DNA of 64,000 bases from assembly GCA_964016885.1 (NCBI GenBank), contig OZ024759.1:25358001-25422000 (forward strand), given 5' to 3'. The notes beneath the pieces were generated by a model, which saw nothing but the letters and a program-made list of their open reading frames with translations, searched no databases and had not been told where the DNA came from. The first letter of the stretch is position 1; every line of letters starts with the position of its first letter. The translations under genes were made by a program, and so were the position numbers. The stretch comes from Eledone cirrhosa (lineage: Eukaryota). This document shows, piece after piece, positions 43,281 to 58,743 of the stretch.

Positions 43281-43520
43281 TCTGTCAGGAATTTGCGATC
43301 GGTAGATAGTATCAACGATGGAAACATTGTTTCCTTGGTCCGATTTGACGAGTACCAGACCTCGAATGAGGTCTGGATCTTGTCGAATCGAATCAAAAGT
43401 ATTTACTGCTTTATTTCATTGACCTCTGAAGGATAGAATTATTTACAATACAATTTTGTATTGAGTACTTAACTGAACATAGTCTTACTAGTAACTCCCA
43501 TTTTATATCTCTTTCTATTT

Positions 43521-43561
<41 letters not shown>

Positions 43562-43688
43562 CGTATAGCACGGTGCATAAACACATACGCACCGTGTTGT
43601 ATTTTGACGGTATTGTATTAGCTCAATGTACGAGAACAGAGCCGTTATATGTAAAAGAAACCAAAGAACGCTTACATACTCAAACAGT

Positions 43689-43750
43689 TTTTATTTGCTT
43701 ACAATGTTCCATCCATACCGTTGGGTAGGAATCATCAGAGCTTAATAAAC
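43689..43750 (-). ncRNA. Degenerate hammerhead ribozyme motif
   Basis: Minus strand: tttattaaGCT CTGATGA tTCCTACC caac GGTAtGGAt GGAAC att GTA AGC aaataaa. GAAA is mutated to GGAA. Confidence 0.5.
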
Positions 43751-45016
43751 ACAGTGCTGAGTATAAGCTCTACCAAGCTTAGTCTCACGAACAATTGGAA
43801 TACAGTAGAGGGTAAAGACAGGGAGATCGGATATGGCGAATAAGGAAAGAGTGCATGTTGGGGTTGTTAAGCACCACAGCTAAATGCTAGGGCACAAACA
43901 GATCACACAAGATGCAGATACAATTTATGGCACACAAAAGCAAAAAAATAAAAACAAAAAAGCAAAAAATACAAACAATGGTTAAAACATAAGAAGGTAA
44001 AAGGAAGATAATATAAAGAGATAAAAAGGTAAAACATTAAAAAAAAATTTTAAAAAGAAAGAAGAGAAAAAAGAAAGAGTTTTAAGCACAAAAAAAAGCC
44101 AGAGGAATTTAAGCGCTGGTCCCTAATAAAACAAGTGAATAGGATCTCCGTAACTTATAGTTATATAAGCACTAAGAGGTTCTTAAGGTACATCCAGAAA
44201 GACCATAGTAATTAAAATCCTCGCCATGGTATACATATACAGGGTATACTGGTAGGTACTTGAATTACGTAGCCCATGGGTGTTCCACAAGCATAAAGAC
44301 GGGTAAGACATAAATGCAAGCCATGCATAAGCGAAGTGGGGTTATTACAGGATAGAGTTGGGTATAACAAGTATATAGACAGGCACCACATATAAAGCAA
44401 GCTATACACAAGCAAATCGGGGTTACTATAAGATAGAGCTGCAGCAAAAGCCCCACATATTATTTGTGTGATATTATGTTTGAATGATAGTATAAATCCA
44501 ACTATTTTTTTACTTTTGGACGATCTATAATTTGGGCTGATTTGTTATCTAATGACAATCCTATTTCTATATAACCCCGAGACAACTGGGACATAGGTAA
44601 CCGATTGGTCTAACCTATACGGTTAATATACATGTGTAGTGACTCTTTGCCAGTTGGTTTTACAGTAACTAAAATAATATGTGGGGCTTTTATCGACATC
44701 AGTACATTACTGCTATTTTATCGACATCAGTATATTACTGGTATTTTGTTTTATCAATCTCCCGGAAGGATGAAAGGCAAAGTTGACCTCGGTAGGAATT
44801 GAACCTGGAAGGTAAAGGTCTGCAACTGAACGCTACAAACAATGGAAGAGGTCGTGGGAAAGATTTCTTAGTTCACAGAGTTCAGCGTTTTTTAAGGGTC
44901 AAGATTAAAGAAATAAATGTATGCTTAGCTGGGCTGGACATAATTAAGTGGCCAGTACTGGGGTGACACTGCGGACAGCAAATAAATAAATATATATACA
45001 TATATGTATATGTGTG

Positions 45017-45080
<64 letters not shown>

Positions 45081-45115
45081 CTGTATGTGTGTATATGTGT
45101 ATATACATATGTATG

Positions 45116-45168
<53 letters not shown>

Positions 45169-45917
45169 AGTTAAGAGCTAACATCTGTTATTAGGAGAAT
45201 CGACCAAATTATCTATTTAAGATCTGTGTGAGTGTGTGTATGTATGTATTTGTGTGTGTCATATTTGACAGAGAAAGAGAGGAGTTGATGAGAGAGAAAG
45301 AGTAAGAAAAAGTAAAAGAGACAGAAGATGACCGTGTAAAGAGAGAGTGGGGTGATGAGAGAGAGAGTGTGGATACGTAAGGCCATAACACCGTGACGTA
45401 AGCAAGTCATTATCGTTTCAAAGGTCTGATGGTCGACTTGAAATTCATAATTGGTTGGGATAATAATAATGATAATAATAATTGTTTCATTTCTTGGCCA
45501 CAAGGGCCGACATATAGGGGACAATACAATAGATGGGGACAGTAAGGGTTTTACACAAAAATCAAGTAAAAAGATAAATAACAACAAAAATACAAACAGA
45601 GTTCCCCAATAGGGGGAATAACCACCCAGGGTCGACTCAGGTACCCTACCAATCCCGAATAACCCGACGCTTCAAGGGCCACACACAATGGTTTCTGATT
45701 TAGGCACAAGACCAGCAATTGTGGGGGCGGGGAATGTCGATCAAATCGACTCCAGTGCATTACTGGTACTTTACTTTATCGACCTCGGAAGGATGAAAGG
45801 CAAAGCTAACCTCGGCGGGATTTGAACTTAGAACGTAAAGGACCCAATAGTAATAACAATAACAAGAACATCAACAATAACAGTAATACTAATAACAACA
45901 ATAATAATAATAATAAG

Positions 45918-46222
45918 AAGAAGAAGAAAATTAACCGATACGAAGATTTAAAGCGGGAATTAAAAAGGATTTAGGACTGTCATGAGATCAAGATCGTCGC
46001 GATTGTCATAGGAGCACTAGGTACTACCTTGAAACGTTTTCATGGATGGTTAAAGAACATTAGTCCAGCTCCCTTTTTTGGAACACTTCAAAATGCATGC
46101 TTGCTGGGAACAGCAAGAACCCTCCGATACATCCAGAATATCTGAGGCTGCAGGTAGCGGCTTGATGTTCATTTGGACAAACTTTCCAGTTAAATGGCAT
46201 CAATGACTGAGAGTCCAAGGAA
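45918..46222 (+). mobile_element. 3' end of an R4/Dong-like RLE non-LTR element inside an (AAT)n tract
   Basis: KINRYEDLKRELKRI*DCHEIKIVAIVIGALG...LQNACLLGTARTLR, flanked on both sides by AAT/AAC repeats. Confidence 0.75.
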
Positions 46223-47066
46223 ATAACAATAATAATTGTTTAAGCTTTTGACACACAACCAGCAATTACCCTGGTGCTTTATTTTATCGACCCACTAAGG
46301 ATGAAAGGCAAGATTAACCTCGGCGAGATTTGAACTCAGATCATAAACAGCCATAACTCTACGCTGCAAAGCTTGGCATCTGACGTTAATAATAATGGAT
46401 TCTTATATAGGCACAAGGCCAGCAAATTTTTTTTGGGGGGGTCGATTAAATCGACCCCAGTGCGTGACTGGTTCTTTATTTTATCGACCCTGTAAGGATC
46501 AAAGGCAAAGATAACCTCGGCGGGATTTGAACTTTGAACGTAAAGGGCCATAACTCTATGCTGCAAAGCATGGCATCTGACACTAATAATAATAATAAAC
46601 GTTTCAAAATACTTGAAGATGTCATCTGAGTGGCTACTTTCCTTCTTATCTTTTACAGATTCATTGGACATGTTCTCACGATAGCCTCTGTTTAATGCTT
46701 TTGATAATAGATTTGTTTGATGACGTTGGTGTGGAGGGGGACTGACATGGGGTTAAACAACAATAACAATAACAAAAACAACACAAAGTAGGTCTGTTCT
46801 TTTACCTTTATCATCTGTTACACGTAATAAGACTTCGTGTTTTTTGACATCTCTGTGTTTGTCTTGTCTTGTCTTGACTATTCTTGAACTATATATATAT
46901 ATATATATATACAGTATATAAATATATGTATGTATGTATATATATATATATTTATATATATATATATATATACCTGTATATACAGAGGTTATATTTAATT
47001 TGTTGGGATTCAACAAGCTTTTTTTGTTTTCCGGGTATGTCAATATTTATTTATAAAACAAATCTG

Positions 47067-47132
47067 TATTTTATCTGATGAAAGCGCACCATAATTTGCC
47101 TTGGTTGCCCTTGAAATATATATAATAAAATA
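47067..47132 (+). ncRNA. Minimal type I hammerhead ribozyme motif
   Basis: Stem I TATTTTAT/ATAAAATA (8 bp), core CTGATGA, stem II AAGCGCACC/GGTTGCCCTT (imperfect), GAAA, palindromic stem III TATATA, cleavage triplet AUA. Confidence 0.75.
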
Positions 47133-47308
47133 AATATGGTTTTATAAATATAGTTTCCATTTATTAATATATTGTATATACCTGTATATATCTATATCTA
47201 TATATGCATATATGTGTGTGTATATATATATATGTAAATATATATATATGAATATAAATATATATATGTATATATATGTATATATATATATATACATATA
47301 TATATGTA

Positions 47309-47412
<104 letters not shown>

Positions 47413-47624
47413 ATGGGTTTATATATATGGGTATATATATATATATACCATGGGTTTTTGTGCGTGAAGAAGAGAGACTGGTATACATGGGTGACGGCTG
47501 GTCTTGCACAAAAACCCATGGTTACTCTTGACCTAATGGGATCTTTACCCTTATGCTTTATATATATATATATAAGGTAAACAGAAATAACAACACAATC
47601 GGTACAGTATATGGAAGGGGTATA

Positions 47625-47860
47625 TGGCTCTGAACATTAATCAGTATACACTGAGGGTGAAGAACTCAGAGCTGTATGGGAGCCTCCCAAAAGTCAGCTC
47701 AACAGTGACACAGAGGAGATTGAGGTTAGCTGGACATGCTCACCGACATCCAGAGTTGACACTGCACTTAGTGCTCCTGTGGGAGCCCCTGCATGGACAC
47801 ACTGGAAGAGGAAGACCAAGGTTAACGTATGTTGATGCCCTGGTCTGTTGGAGACGCAGG
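47625..47860 (+). mobile_element. RTE/RTEX LINE C-terminal fragment
   Basis: [31 protein letters not shown]...VLLWEP..G..GRGRP..TYVD. Confidence 0.75.
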
Positions 47861-47962
47861 ACATGGCAGCGATAATGAGGGACAGAGACCGCTGGAGAGA
47901 ACTGGTCCATGGATCTCGGGAATTTTACCCTCCCTAGATAGATATGTATATAAGTATTTATA

Positions 47963-48025
<63 letters not shown>

Positions 48026-48243
48026 GTGTGTGTCCGTGTATGTGTATACGAATGTATATATGTGTGATTTTGATTTTATAAATACTTGAACACTCTCGCA
48101 AAAATATGTGTGTGATGTATGTAATGGTTGAGTTGCTTACTTTCTGACATACAATAAAAAACGAAAGAAAGTAAAAAAGAAGGAAAGTAAAAGAAAGAAA
48201 GAATGAAAAAGGCGTTGTATTGATATGAATATATATATATGTA

Positions 48244-48323
<80 letters not shown>

Positions 48324-48376
48324 TACAATATACAATATTATATTATAATATATTATAACAAATGAAATATAACCTC

Positions 48377-48434
<58 letters not shown>

Positions 48435-48458
48435 CATATGTATATACTTACACACACT

Positions 48459-48548
<90 letters not shown>

Positions 48549-48566
48549 TATACTGTATATATATAT

Positions 48567-48623
<57 letters not shown>

Positions 48624-48979
48624 CAGGGGAATCGGAAATGAATACTTATGCAGCCCCTGAAATGAGGGGGATTTATATTTATCCCTTACTATTTTCTTCT
48701 TTTAAAATAAATAAAATGAAATCTAATGAAACACCAACAACATATGAAACCTCACACACATTGTCAGTGATGCATTAATGATTGATGTGCCATTAGTGAT
48801 ATTGTCATGCTGTGACGTGACACACCCTCTTGAATATAATCCCTGCTGGAATGGAACCGTGTTGAAATCATTACGGTGAAGGATTAAATGCCTTGCAGTA
48901 TTTCGTTTCGGAATTTTTTTATGATCTGAGTTCAAATCCCGCCGAGGTCAACTTTGCCTTTCATCCATTCTTTGTCCCA

Positions 48980-49051
<72 letters not shown>

Positions 49052-49195
49052 AGTAATAATAATAAAATTGAAGACTAAAATCCAAAGAGGGCTCGATAAG
49101 GAAAATATATATCAAATATATAAGAACCGTAGAAGGGTGAAAGCAGCGATTCTTTGCTTAAACTTTAATCTGTTATTTTAATAAATATATATATG

Positions 49196-49395
<200 letters not shown>

Positions 49396-49493
49396 CGTAT
49401 GTAAACACTTTAAGTGAAATTTGTTATACTTTATGTATTCATATATATACATACACAAACATACATATATATATATATAAATACGTACATACA

Positions 49494-49537
<44 letters not shown>

Positions 49538-49798
49538 TATGTATATATATGAATATATATGAAAGATATATATTGAGTTAGAAACTCGAAATAGTCTCTT
49601 ACAATTAAATAGCTAAAAGAAAGCAGTTTTTCTGAGCCGTGTAATATAATTGAATATACAAGAGAGGTAAACACAAATATAAACATACATGTGTTCAAGC
49701 TGTAAGGGACCAAGTTCGCTAGGGTGAAAAAAGTACTAACTATAACAATATGGTTTTTGCCAGACTCAATTTAAATTAATAAATCAAGAAAAAGAATA

Positions 49799-49834
<36 letters not shown>

Positions 49835-50870
49835 AGAAAGTTTAGTGTGTTGGAACAGATATTGTCATTTGGTAGGATCCTGCTACCAATAAAACACGGC
49901 TTTCTTATTAGTCGTTCAAACAATCCATTCCCTGGATTGTTAGGTAGCTGGATGGTTAATTAACCATCAAATGTTTTTCGTCACACGTTACATGACCTTC
50001 GCAATGACTAGTTTGTCCATCTGTGTCATCTCTTTAGATTTCTTTTTGTTCTTGATACTACATCATTATGAGATAGACAGGATGAGAGTTTGCTCTAAAC
50101 AGACAGACATTCAAACACACATACACATGCTCGCGCGCATACATATATATATGATCGGCTCCCTAGTCATCTCTACCGAATGAAACAATTCTAGTCCTGT
50201 AGAAGCCATTTCTATATTAAATATTTATACTCTGCTATGTAATGAGTACCTTACATACTGTGGTTACCCCCGATTGAACCCGGGAAAAGCACACACATAT
50301 ATATATGTCACTTCGTGATATGAGCTCGTTTGATCACGAAACCATAGGTCTGTGTACAAACTGATGTAGTTTTACGAATGTAACAAACTCTAAACTCTAA
50401 TCCTATATAAAGGCTTATTTCTTCCATTGTATAAACAAAACAACAACCCCACCCTCCCAGCTTCCACGCTCAGATAGATGATATATGTATTTGGGGGTCT
50501 TGTGTATGTGTGTGCGTGTTTTTATTGTCAGCACTTCATATATGCATTTGTGCATCCCTAGAATGAGAATAACATAGCAGAGTTTCCATCACTTCCCGCT
50601 ACTTCGCACCACTATAAAAGTACTTAACCTTCAGGGTACCAACACTTATAAATATAGAACCTGACACAAAGTTCTAGTTAACCCCACAAACATCACGACT
50701 TTAAATATTGTAGGAGGCATTTTACAGATTTTACTGCTTCTGGGATATATGTATACATATATACATATATACATATATGTATACATATATACATATATAC
50801 ATATGCAAATATATGCATATATGTATGTATACACAAAGACACGCACACACACATATATATGTATAATATA

Positions 50871-50980
<110 letters not shown>

Positions 50981-51015
50981 CATCCTAGCTAACATCAAAC
51001 ACACACATACATATA

Positions 51016-51070
<55 letters not shown>

Positions 51071-51168
51071 ATATATATATATATATGTGTATATATATGT
51101 ATCAATATAACTATCAACATAAATGTTTATATATATATATATATATATATAAACATGTGTGTGTGTGT

Positions 51169-51241
<73 letters not shown>

Positions 51242-51592
51242 GACGTATATATATATATATACATATATGTATATTACTCTTTTACTCTTTTACCTGTTTC
51301 AGCCATCCGGCTGAGGCCATGCTGGGGCACCGTATATATTTTATATATATAATATAATTATACATTTATACATATTTATACATAGTTGTGTGTGTGTGTG
51401 TGGTATATTTATATAATTGTTTCTACTTTTGGCACAAGGCCAGCAATTATACCAGTACATTACTGGTACTTTATTTTATCGACCCCGTATGGATGAAAGG
51501 CAAAGTTAACCTCGGCGGGATTTGAACTCAGAATGGCAATGGCCTTAACTCAATGCGTCAAAGCTATGTATTTATATATATATATATATATA

Positions 51593-51684
<92 letters not shown>

Positions 51685-51752
51685 TATATATATCTATATC
51701 TATATCTATAAATACATACATATATATATATATAATATATATATATATATAC

Positions 51753-51851
<99 letters not shown>

Positions 51852-51925
51852 TATATTCTGTATAAATACGTTCACTTACACACACACATTTATACATGTA
51901 TTTATATATAATGGGTGCAAATATC

Positions 51926-51959
<34 letters not shown>

Positions 51960-52082
51960 GCGTGTGTGTGAGTGAATGTATTTATAGAGAAAGAATATAT
52001 ATATGTATATATTATATAAAGTATAAATCTTTAAATATGTAAGTATAAATTATATGCACACGCTTATAGTCGATTATACATA

Positions 52083-52123
<41 letters not shown>

Positions 52124-52176
52124 TTACAGCAAATATTTATTATAAGAACAGATTATATATGTATATCTCTGTCACA

Positions 52177-52249
<73 letters not shown>

Positions 52250-52300
52250 GTATGTATATATATATATATAATTATATATATATGTATATATATATATATC

Positions 52301-52366
<66 letters not shown>

Positions 52367-52577
52367 TAAATATATTATACTCCATTTTATATACATTTGA
52401 AGTGTAAATACTTAACATATAAGGAGATAGAGAGCAGAGTATTGTATATATAATAAATGTTGATGTACGTGTTTGTTTAAAATATCTGACAGAAGACACA
52501 TAGCCTTGCGAATGTCTGTGTTTATATGTTTATACAACCCTAAGTAAGTATGTTTATACACACACACGCATATGCCC

Positions 52578-52610
<33 letters not shown>

Positions 52611-52620
52611 AGTATATGTA

Positions 52621-52935
<315 letters not shown>

Positions 52936-53013
52936 GTATACTCGAGTCCTACAAACTGAGTGCTTCTTATCCGATATCTGCATTGCTTTATTGTACTACA
53001 ATAAAACTCACCT

Positions 53014-53084
<71 letters not shown>

Positions 53085-53278
53085 TATTATATGTGAATAT
53101 ATCTATATCTATAACCATAACTATATCTATCTATCTCTATATATATATATATATATTTAAATATACATATATGTGTGTGCGTCTGCGTGCGTGTGTGTAT
53201 GTGTGCAATATAACATTATAGAACATACAAATATATAGTTGAACACACGGTTTCACATGAAGAATGAAGAATATTGGA

Positions 53279-53326
<48 letters not shown>

Positions 53327-53433
53327 CATATATAATCGAAGCAGGAACGAAGTGGTCTTATTGCATATGACAATTGTTGTCATATCGACCATAATAATGA
53401 TCAAGGCCCGACTTTACACCGACCTTTCATCAT

Positions 53434-53475
<42 letters not shown>

Positions 53476-53566
53476 GCACACGCAGCTAACGCGCCCGCAC
53501 ACTCACAAATATAAAGTCACACTTATATAAACATAATTATATTGTACATTTTAAAATATAATTTTG

Positions 53567-53708
<142 letters not shown>

Positions 53709-53784
53709 ATATGAGGTAAATATTTATATTATATTTTTTAATGTATTTTGAAAAATTGATTGAATTTTACTTGTTCTGCTTATC

Positions 53785-53873
<89 letters not shown>

Positions 53874-54102
53874 CATTAAGGTTGATATATAATATTTATA
53901 TGGTATTAATAACCTCATTTCTCAGTGTTGTCTCTTCTTATACATAAAATGTATTAAAAATCTATATTTCTACTTCATATATGAGTCTAGAATATACATT
54001 TATATATGCGTGTATGTATACATTTATGATATGACTATAAATTGGTCACAAACATAAATAAATAGAAATGAGGAATAAAATATTTATGAAAATATATAAA
54101 TA

Positions 54103-54138
54103 TCCAACGATGGCTCCTAAAATCCAGACATACGTACA

Positions 54139-54186
<48 letters not shown>

Positions 54187-54474
54187 AGTGTTCTACACAT
54201 CTAGGAATTATATATATATATATATGTATTTATAATTCTACATGCATGTAAAATTTTAAACAGTGATAACAAAGCAAACGACACAGTTATATATATATAT
54301 ATAACATATATATATAACATATAATCCTCCATTGAACTGTGTCGTTTGCTTTGTTATCACTGTTTTACATGCATGTAGAATTATATATACATATATATAT
54401 ATATAATTCCTAAATGTGAAGAACACTCGTATCTATATGCACATGTATATATGGATTTTAGGAGCCATCGTTGG

Positions 54475-54475
<1 letters not shown>
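54103..54475. repeat. Fold-back inverted repeat (~140-185 bp arms, 46-bp spacer) in (TA)n-rich DNA
   Basis: tccaacgatggctcctaaaatcc...acgacacagtt / aactgtgtcgt...ggattttaggagccatcgttgga. Confidence 0.82.
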
Positions 54476-54529
<54 letters not shown>

Positions 54530-54777
54530 AGTTAATTTAGAATAACTTGTTTTCAAATAGAACAATAGAACAACAAATGATTTGCAAAGGTTTTGTTGTT
54601 TCTTATAATTTTTTATAAATTCTGATGAATCCAATTAGTGGATTATATAATTAATAAGCAAATAATTAATTATATATCCTGTAAGATGGAAGAAACGTAC
54701 GTTTAATATAATATGATATAATCAATAGTATTTGGTCTTATATTTGATTATACATTCATATATACATACATACATGT

Positions 54778-54847
<70 letters not shown>

Positions 54848-54878
54848 GTATATATATGTATATATATATACATATATA

Positions 54879-54964
<86 letters not shown>

Positions 54965-54974
54965 CATATATATA

Positions 54975-55056
<82 letters not shown>

Positions 55057-55437
55057 TATATATATATATATATTCATATATATATATATACATACATACA
55101 TAAACAGACACACACATTAAAATATCACAAATATATCACCTCTAATGATAGCCAACCACCCTAAAACCAGTTTCGATTTTTGATACAAGTCTTTCCAGTT
55201 TAAAATATTTTTAAATATATTAATATATTGATATTTATATAAAAAGCTTACAACAAATATTTTCAAAAGAAATTTACGTTAAATAATTTTCCAGTCATTA
55301 ACTTAATACCGAATAGCTTCATTATATCATTAAAAATGTGACAAATCTTTAAAAAATGTGGTATTTTAAAAATTAATTAATACCTGTTCGAAATATATAA
55401 TATATATGCATGATATCATATGTTTATATATATATAG

Positions 55438-55750
55438 AAAAAAAGATGAAATTGAAAATGCAACTGGAGCCTTATTTTGAAAAATATATATATATTTATT
55501 TGGTTCCTTTACCGGTTTCGCAGTTCTTCTGCTTTTCAAAAGTAGAGTTGAGATGGAGGGTCTGTGGTTTTTCTCACATCTGATGTGAGAAAAACCACAG
55601 ACCCTCCATCTGAACAGGCCTCCACAGACTCTCCATCTTAACTCTACTTTTGAAAAGCAGAAGAACTGCGAAACCGGTAAAGGAACCAAATAAAAATATA
55701 TATTTAAAAAAAAATAAGACTCCAGTTGCATTTTCGATTTCATCTTTTTT
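55438..55750. repeat. Fold-back of a Penelope-pLTR-like sequence with two opposed hammerheads
   Basis: Axis at 55581 (ctcacatc t gatgtgag). Hammerheads lie at 55506-55543 (-) and 55646-55684 (+). The right arm is also present at 59437-59580. Confidence 0.85.
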
Positions 55751-55838
55751 TTCTTTTTATACTTTCACTCGTGTAGGACACCCCGGTTATTTTTCATTTT
55801 GGAAAAAAACCTCACTTTCTAATATATATATATATATA

Positions 55839-55974
55839 TAGAAGTGGTTACACAACAGTTAATTCACCATACCGAGAACAATTGTTTCACCTTAGCGGAT
55901 CCTCAGCAGAAGTTCCGCTAAGGTGAAACAATTGTTCTCGGTATGGTGAACTAACTGTTGTGTAACCACTTCTA
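55839..55974. repeat. Hairpin with ~61-bp arms and a 14-nt loop, hammerhead core in the loop
   Basis: Arms TAGAAGTGG...TTAGCGGA / TCCGCTAA...CCACTTCTA. The minus strand reads CTGAGGA-tCCgctaaGGt-GAAAC AATT GTT. Confidence 0.82.
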
Positions 55975-56035
55975 CCTAACTCGTCCCATGGACTGAGTGC
56001 TCTACCACTACGGATATTACCTTCCAGTGTTCTAC

Positions 56036-56089
<54 letters not shown>

Positions 56090-56318
56090 ATATATATGTG
56101 TCCGTGTGTGTGTGTGTTTACTATATATTTGTTCATACTGTAAATATACAAAGAAATATACTTATTAATATTTATTTTAATATTTTTGTGTACAACAATT
56201 TCATATTTTTTACATCTCTGTGGCTATTTTACCCGGTTTCTGCAACTACAATATATAGTGATGGACTATTATTATAGTGATTTCCATAGGGAAGCACACA
56301 ATTCAAAAAACACACACA

Positions 56319-56369
<51 letters not shown>

Positions 56370-56520
56370 ATATGAATGTGTGTATATATGATAGTATGTA
56401 TATATATATATATATATATATACAGATATAGATATAGATATAGAAATGGTTACATACATATTCTTATATATTTATTTGTAAACATGTATCTATATATCTC
56501 TCTAACTATATATACATATA

Positions 56521-56574
<54 letters not shown>

Positions 56575-56755
56575 TATGCATATATACAAATGTATATGTG
56601 TCTCACTGTATTTATATATCTATACATGAATGTATGTGAGTATTCTTTCTTATACGCATACACATATATATGCATGCTTATACAATATATTAAATATATA
56701 TATATATTAAATATATATTAAATATAAACATACTCGCCCACACTCATACAAACAA

Positions 56756-56800
<45 letters not shown>

Positions 56801-56937
56801 CATGTGTGCGCGCGCGTGTGTGTGTGTGTGTGTGTATGAGTGTGTGTGTGTGTGTGTGTGTGTTTACGTGAACATGGTCATTAAGAGTAGAATCCTTTGA
56901 GAATGAATTAATATATATATATACATATATATATATT

Positions 56938-56983
<46 letters not shown>

Positions 56984-57053
56984 CATACAAACATATATAT
57001 ATATATATATGCATGTATATATATATATATGTATATATATATAAATATATATG

Positions 57054-57086
<33 letters not shown>

Positions 57087-57260
57087 GTATATATATATAT
57101 GTGTGTGTGTGTGTGTATATGTATATATGCATATATATATTTGCACATATATATATTTATATATATAATATATATATTAATATATATACTGTATATATAT
57201 ATATAATATTAATATATATATATTTATATATATTTATTTATACAGACACACACACATATA

Positions 57261-57331
<71 letters not shown>

Positions 57332-57696
57332 ACATAAATACTTATTTATATATTTATGTATATACCCAAGTAAAAATAAAATAAAGAAAAGTTTAACTTC
57401 TCATTGATTGATGTTCTTCAAGATGTGAGTAGAATCTTCCTGGCGTTGTTGGTTAATCACCACCGTCTTTTTCTTTCTCTTTTGAGTTCACCAAGTGTCT
57501 TAAATTGTCGTCACTGGACACTACTTGCACTCCGTCACCTCGCCCAGAATGTAGGATAGTTATTATTAATAATAATTGTTTCTACTTTTGGCATAAGGCC
57601 AGCAATTATCCTAGTGCATTACTGGTACTTTATTTTATCGAACCCGTAAGGATGAAAAGCAAAGTTAACCTCGGCGGAATTTGAACACAGACGATA

Positions 57697-58711
57697 AAGA
57701 TCTTTCTTTCCCTTATTACGAAGCATTTTCCCCCTACACATAAACGTAGTAAAATTTTTAATAGAAATACTATTAAAATTTCTTACTCTACGACTCCTAA
57801 CCTTGCACATAACATCACAGCTTCAAATTTAGCTAAACTACCTAGCCGTAGGAACACGTGCAACCCTGTAGTTAGTACTAACTGTAATTGTAGGAATCGG
57901 GTTGATTGCCCCCTATCCGGGAAATGCCTCTCTAGTAACATTGTCTACAAATGTAAGGTTGAAACACCCACGTCTCGTAGGGCCTACATAGGGTTAACCG
58001 CCAATAGATTCAAGTAGCGTCATGCATACCCATTCTTTTCGTTACCCTCTAAGAAGGAATATGACGTCACTTTCAGCTTATATCTGGAGTCTAAAAGACA
58101 ACCACACCCAATATACGTTACACTGGGAGATCCTAGCTAGGGCTAGATTGTATAACAGAAATAAAAGACCATGTGACCTCTGCGCCGCTGAGTCCCTGGA
58201 AATACTCTACGCCACAGACCACATCTTAAACAAAAAATCTGAGGCAATTTTGGCTTGTAAACATAAATTGCACAAAACTTTCCTGTATTACAGCCCCACG
58301 TTATACCCTAACGGATAGTACGATCTATACGTGGATATTTTACGTCTTGATGTGGTAGCTAAGTATATGTTTTGTTTATACCTTTACTTATTTGCATAGG
58401 TAAGTATATATTACCTGTATGTTTGTGAAGGTACGTATACTTTCTCGTACGTATATTTGATTGTATATGTTATGGCGTATAATTTTATATATTCTGGTAC
58501 ATATGGTTCGGTTTTGTGTATACGGGAGTTTTGCATCTGTGTGAGTATGCAGATTCGTACGTATGTAGGGTGTGTGTATAAGTGTACTTCATGTTTTGGT
58601 TGACTTACGTCTCCGAACATTTGTGTATTTACATGTAGGTATGTGTGTGCGCTTGTTATATACGTATTTATTTATTTATATACGTTTATTTACTTATTTA
58701 TTTATTTGTAT

Positions 58712-58743
<32 letters not shown>

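Noticed and set aside
44100-44700. Possible Penelope coding remnant next to the 43.7-kb hammerhead, with a 20-bp inverted repeat at ~44446/44672
   Set aside because: The translation is too degenerate to assign.
47448-47521. 16-bp inverted repeat with hammerhead-like pieces
   Set aside because: The core (GTGAAGA, AAAAC) deviates at essential positions and the stems do not close.
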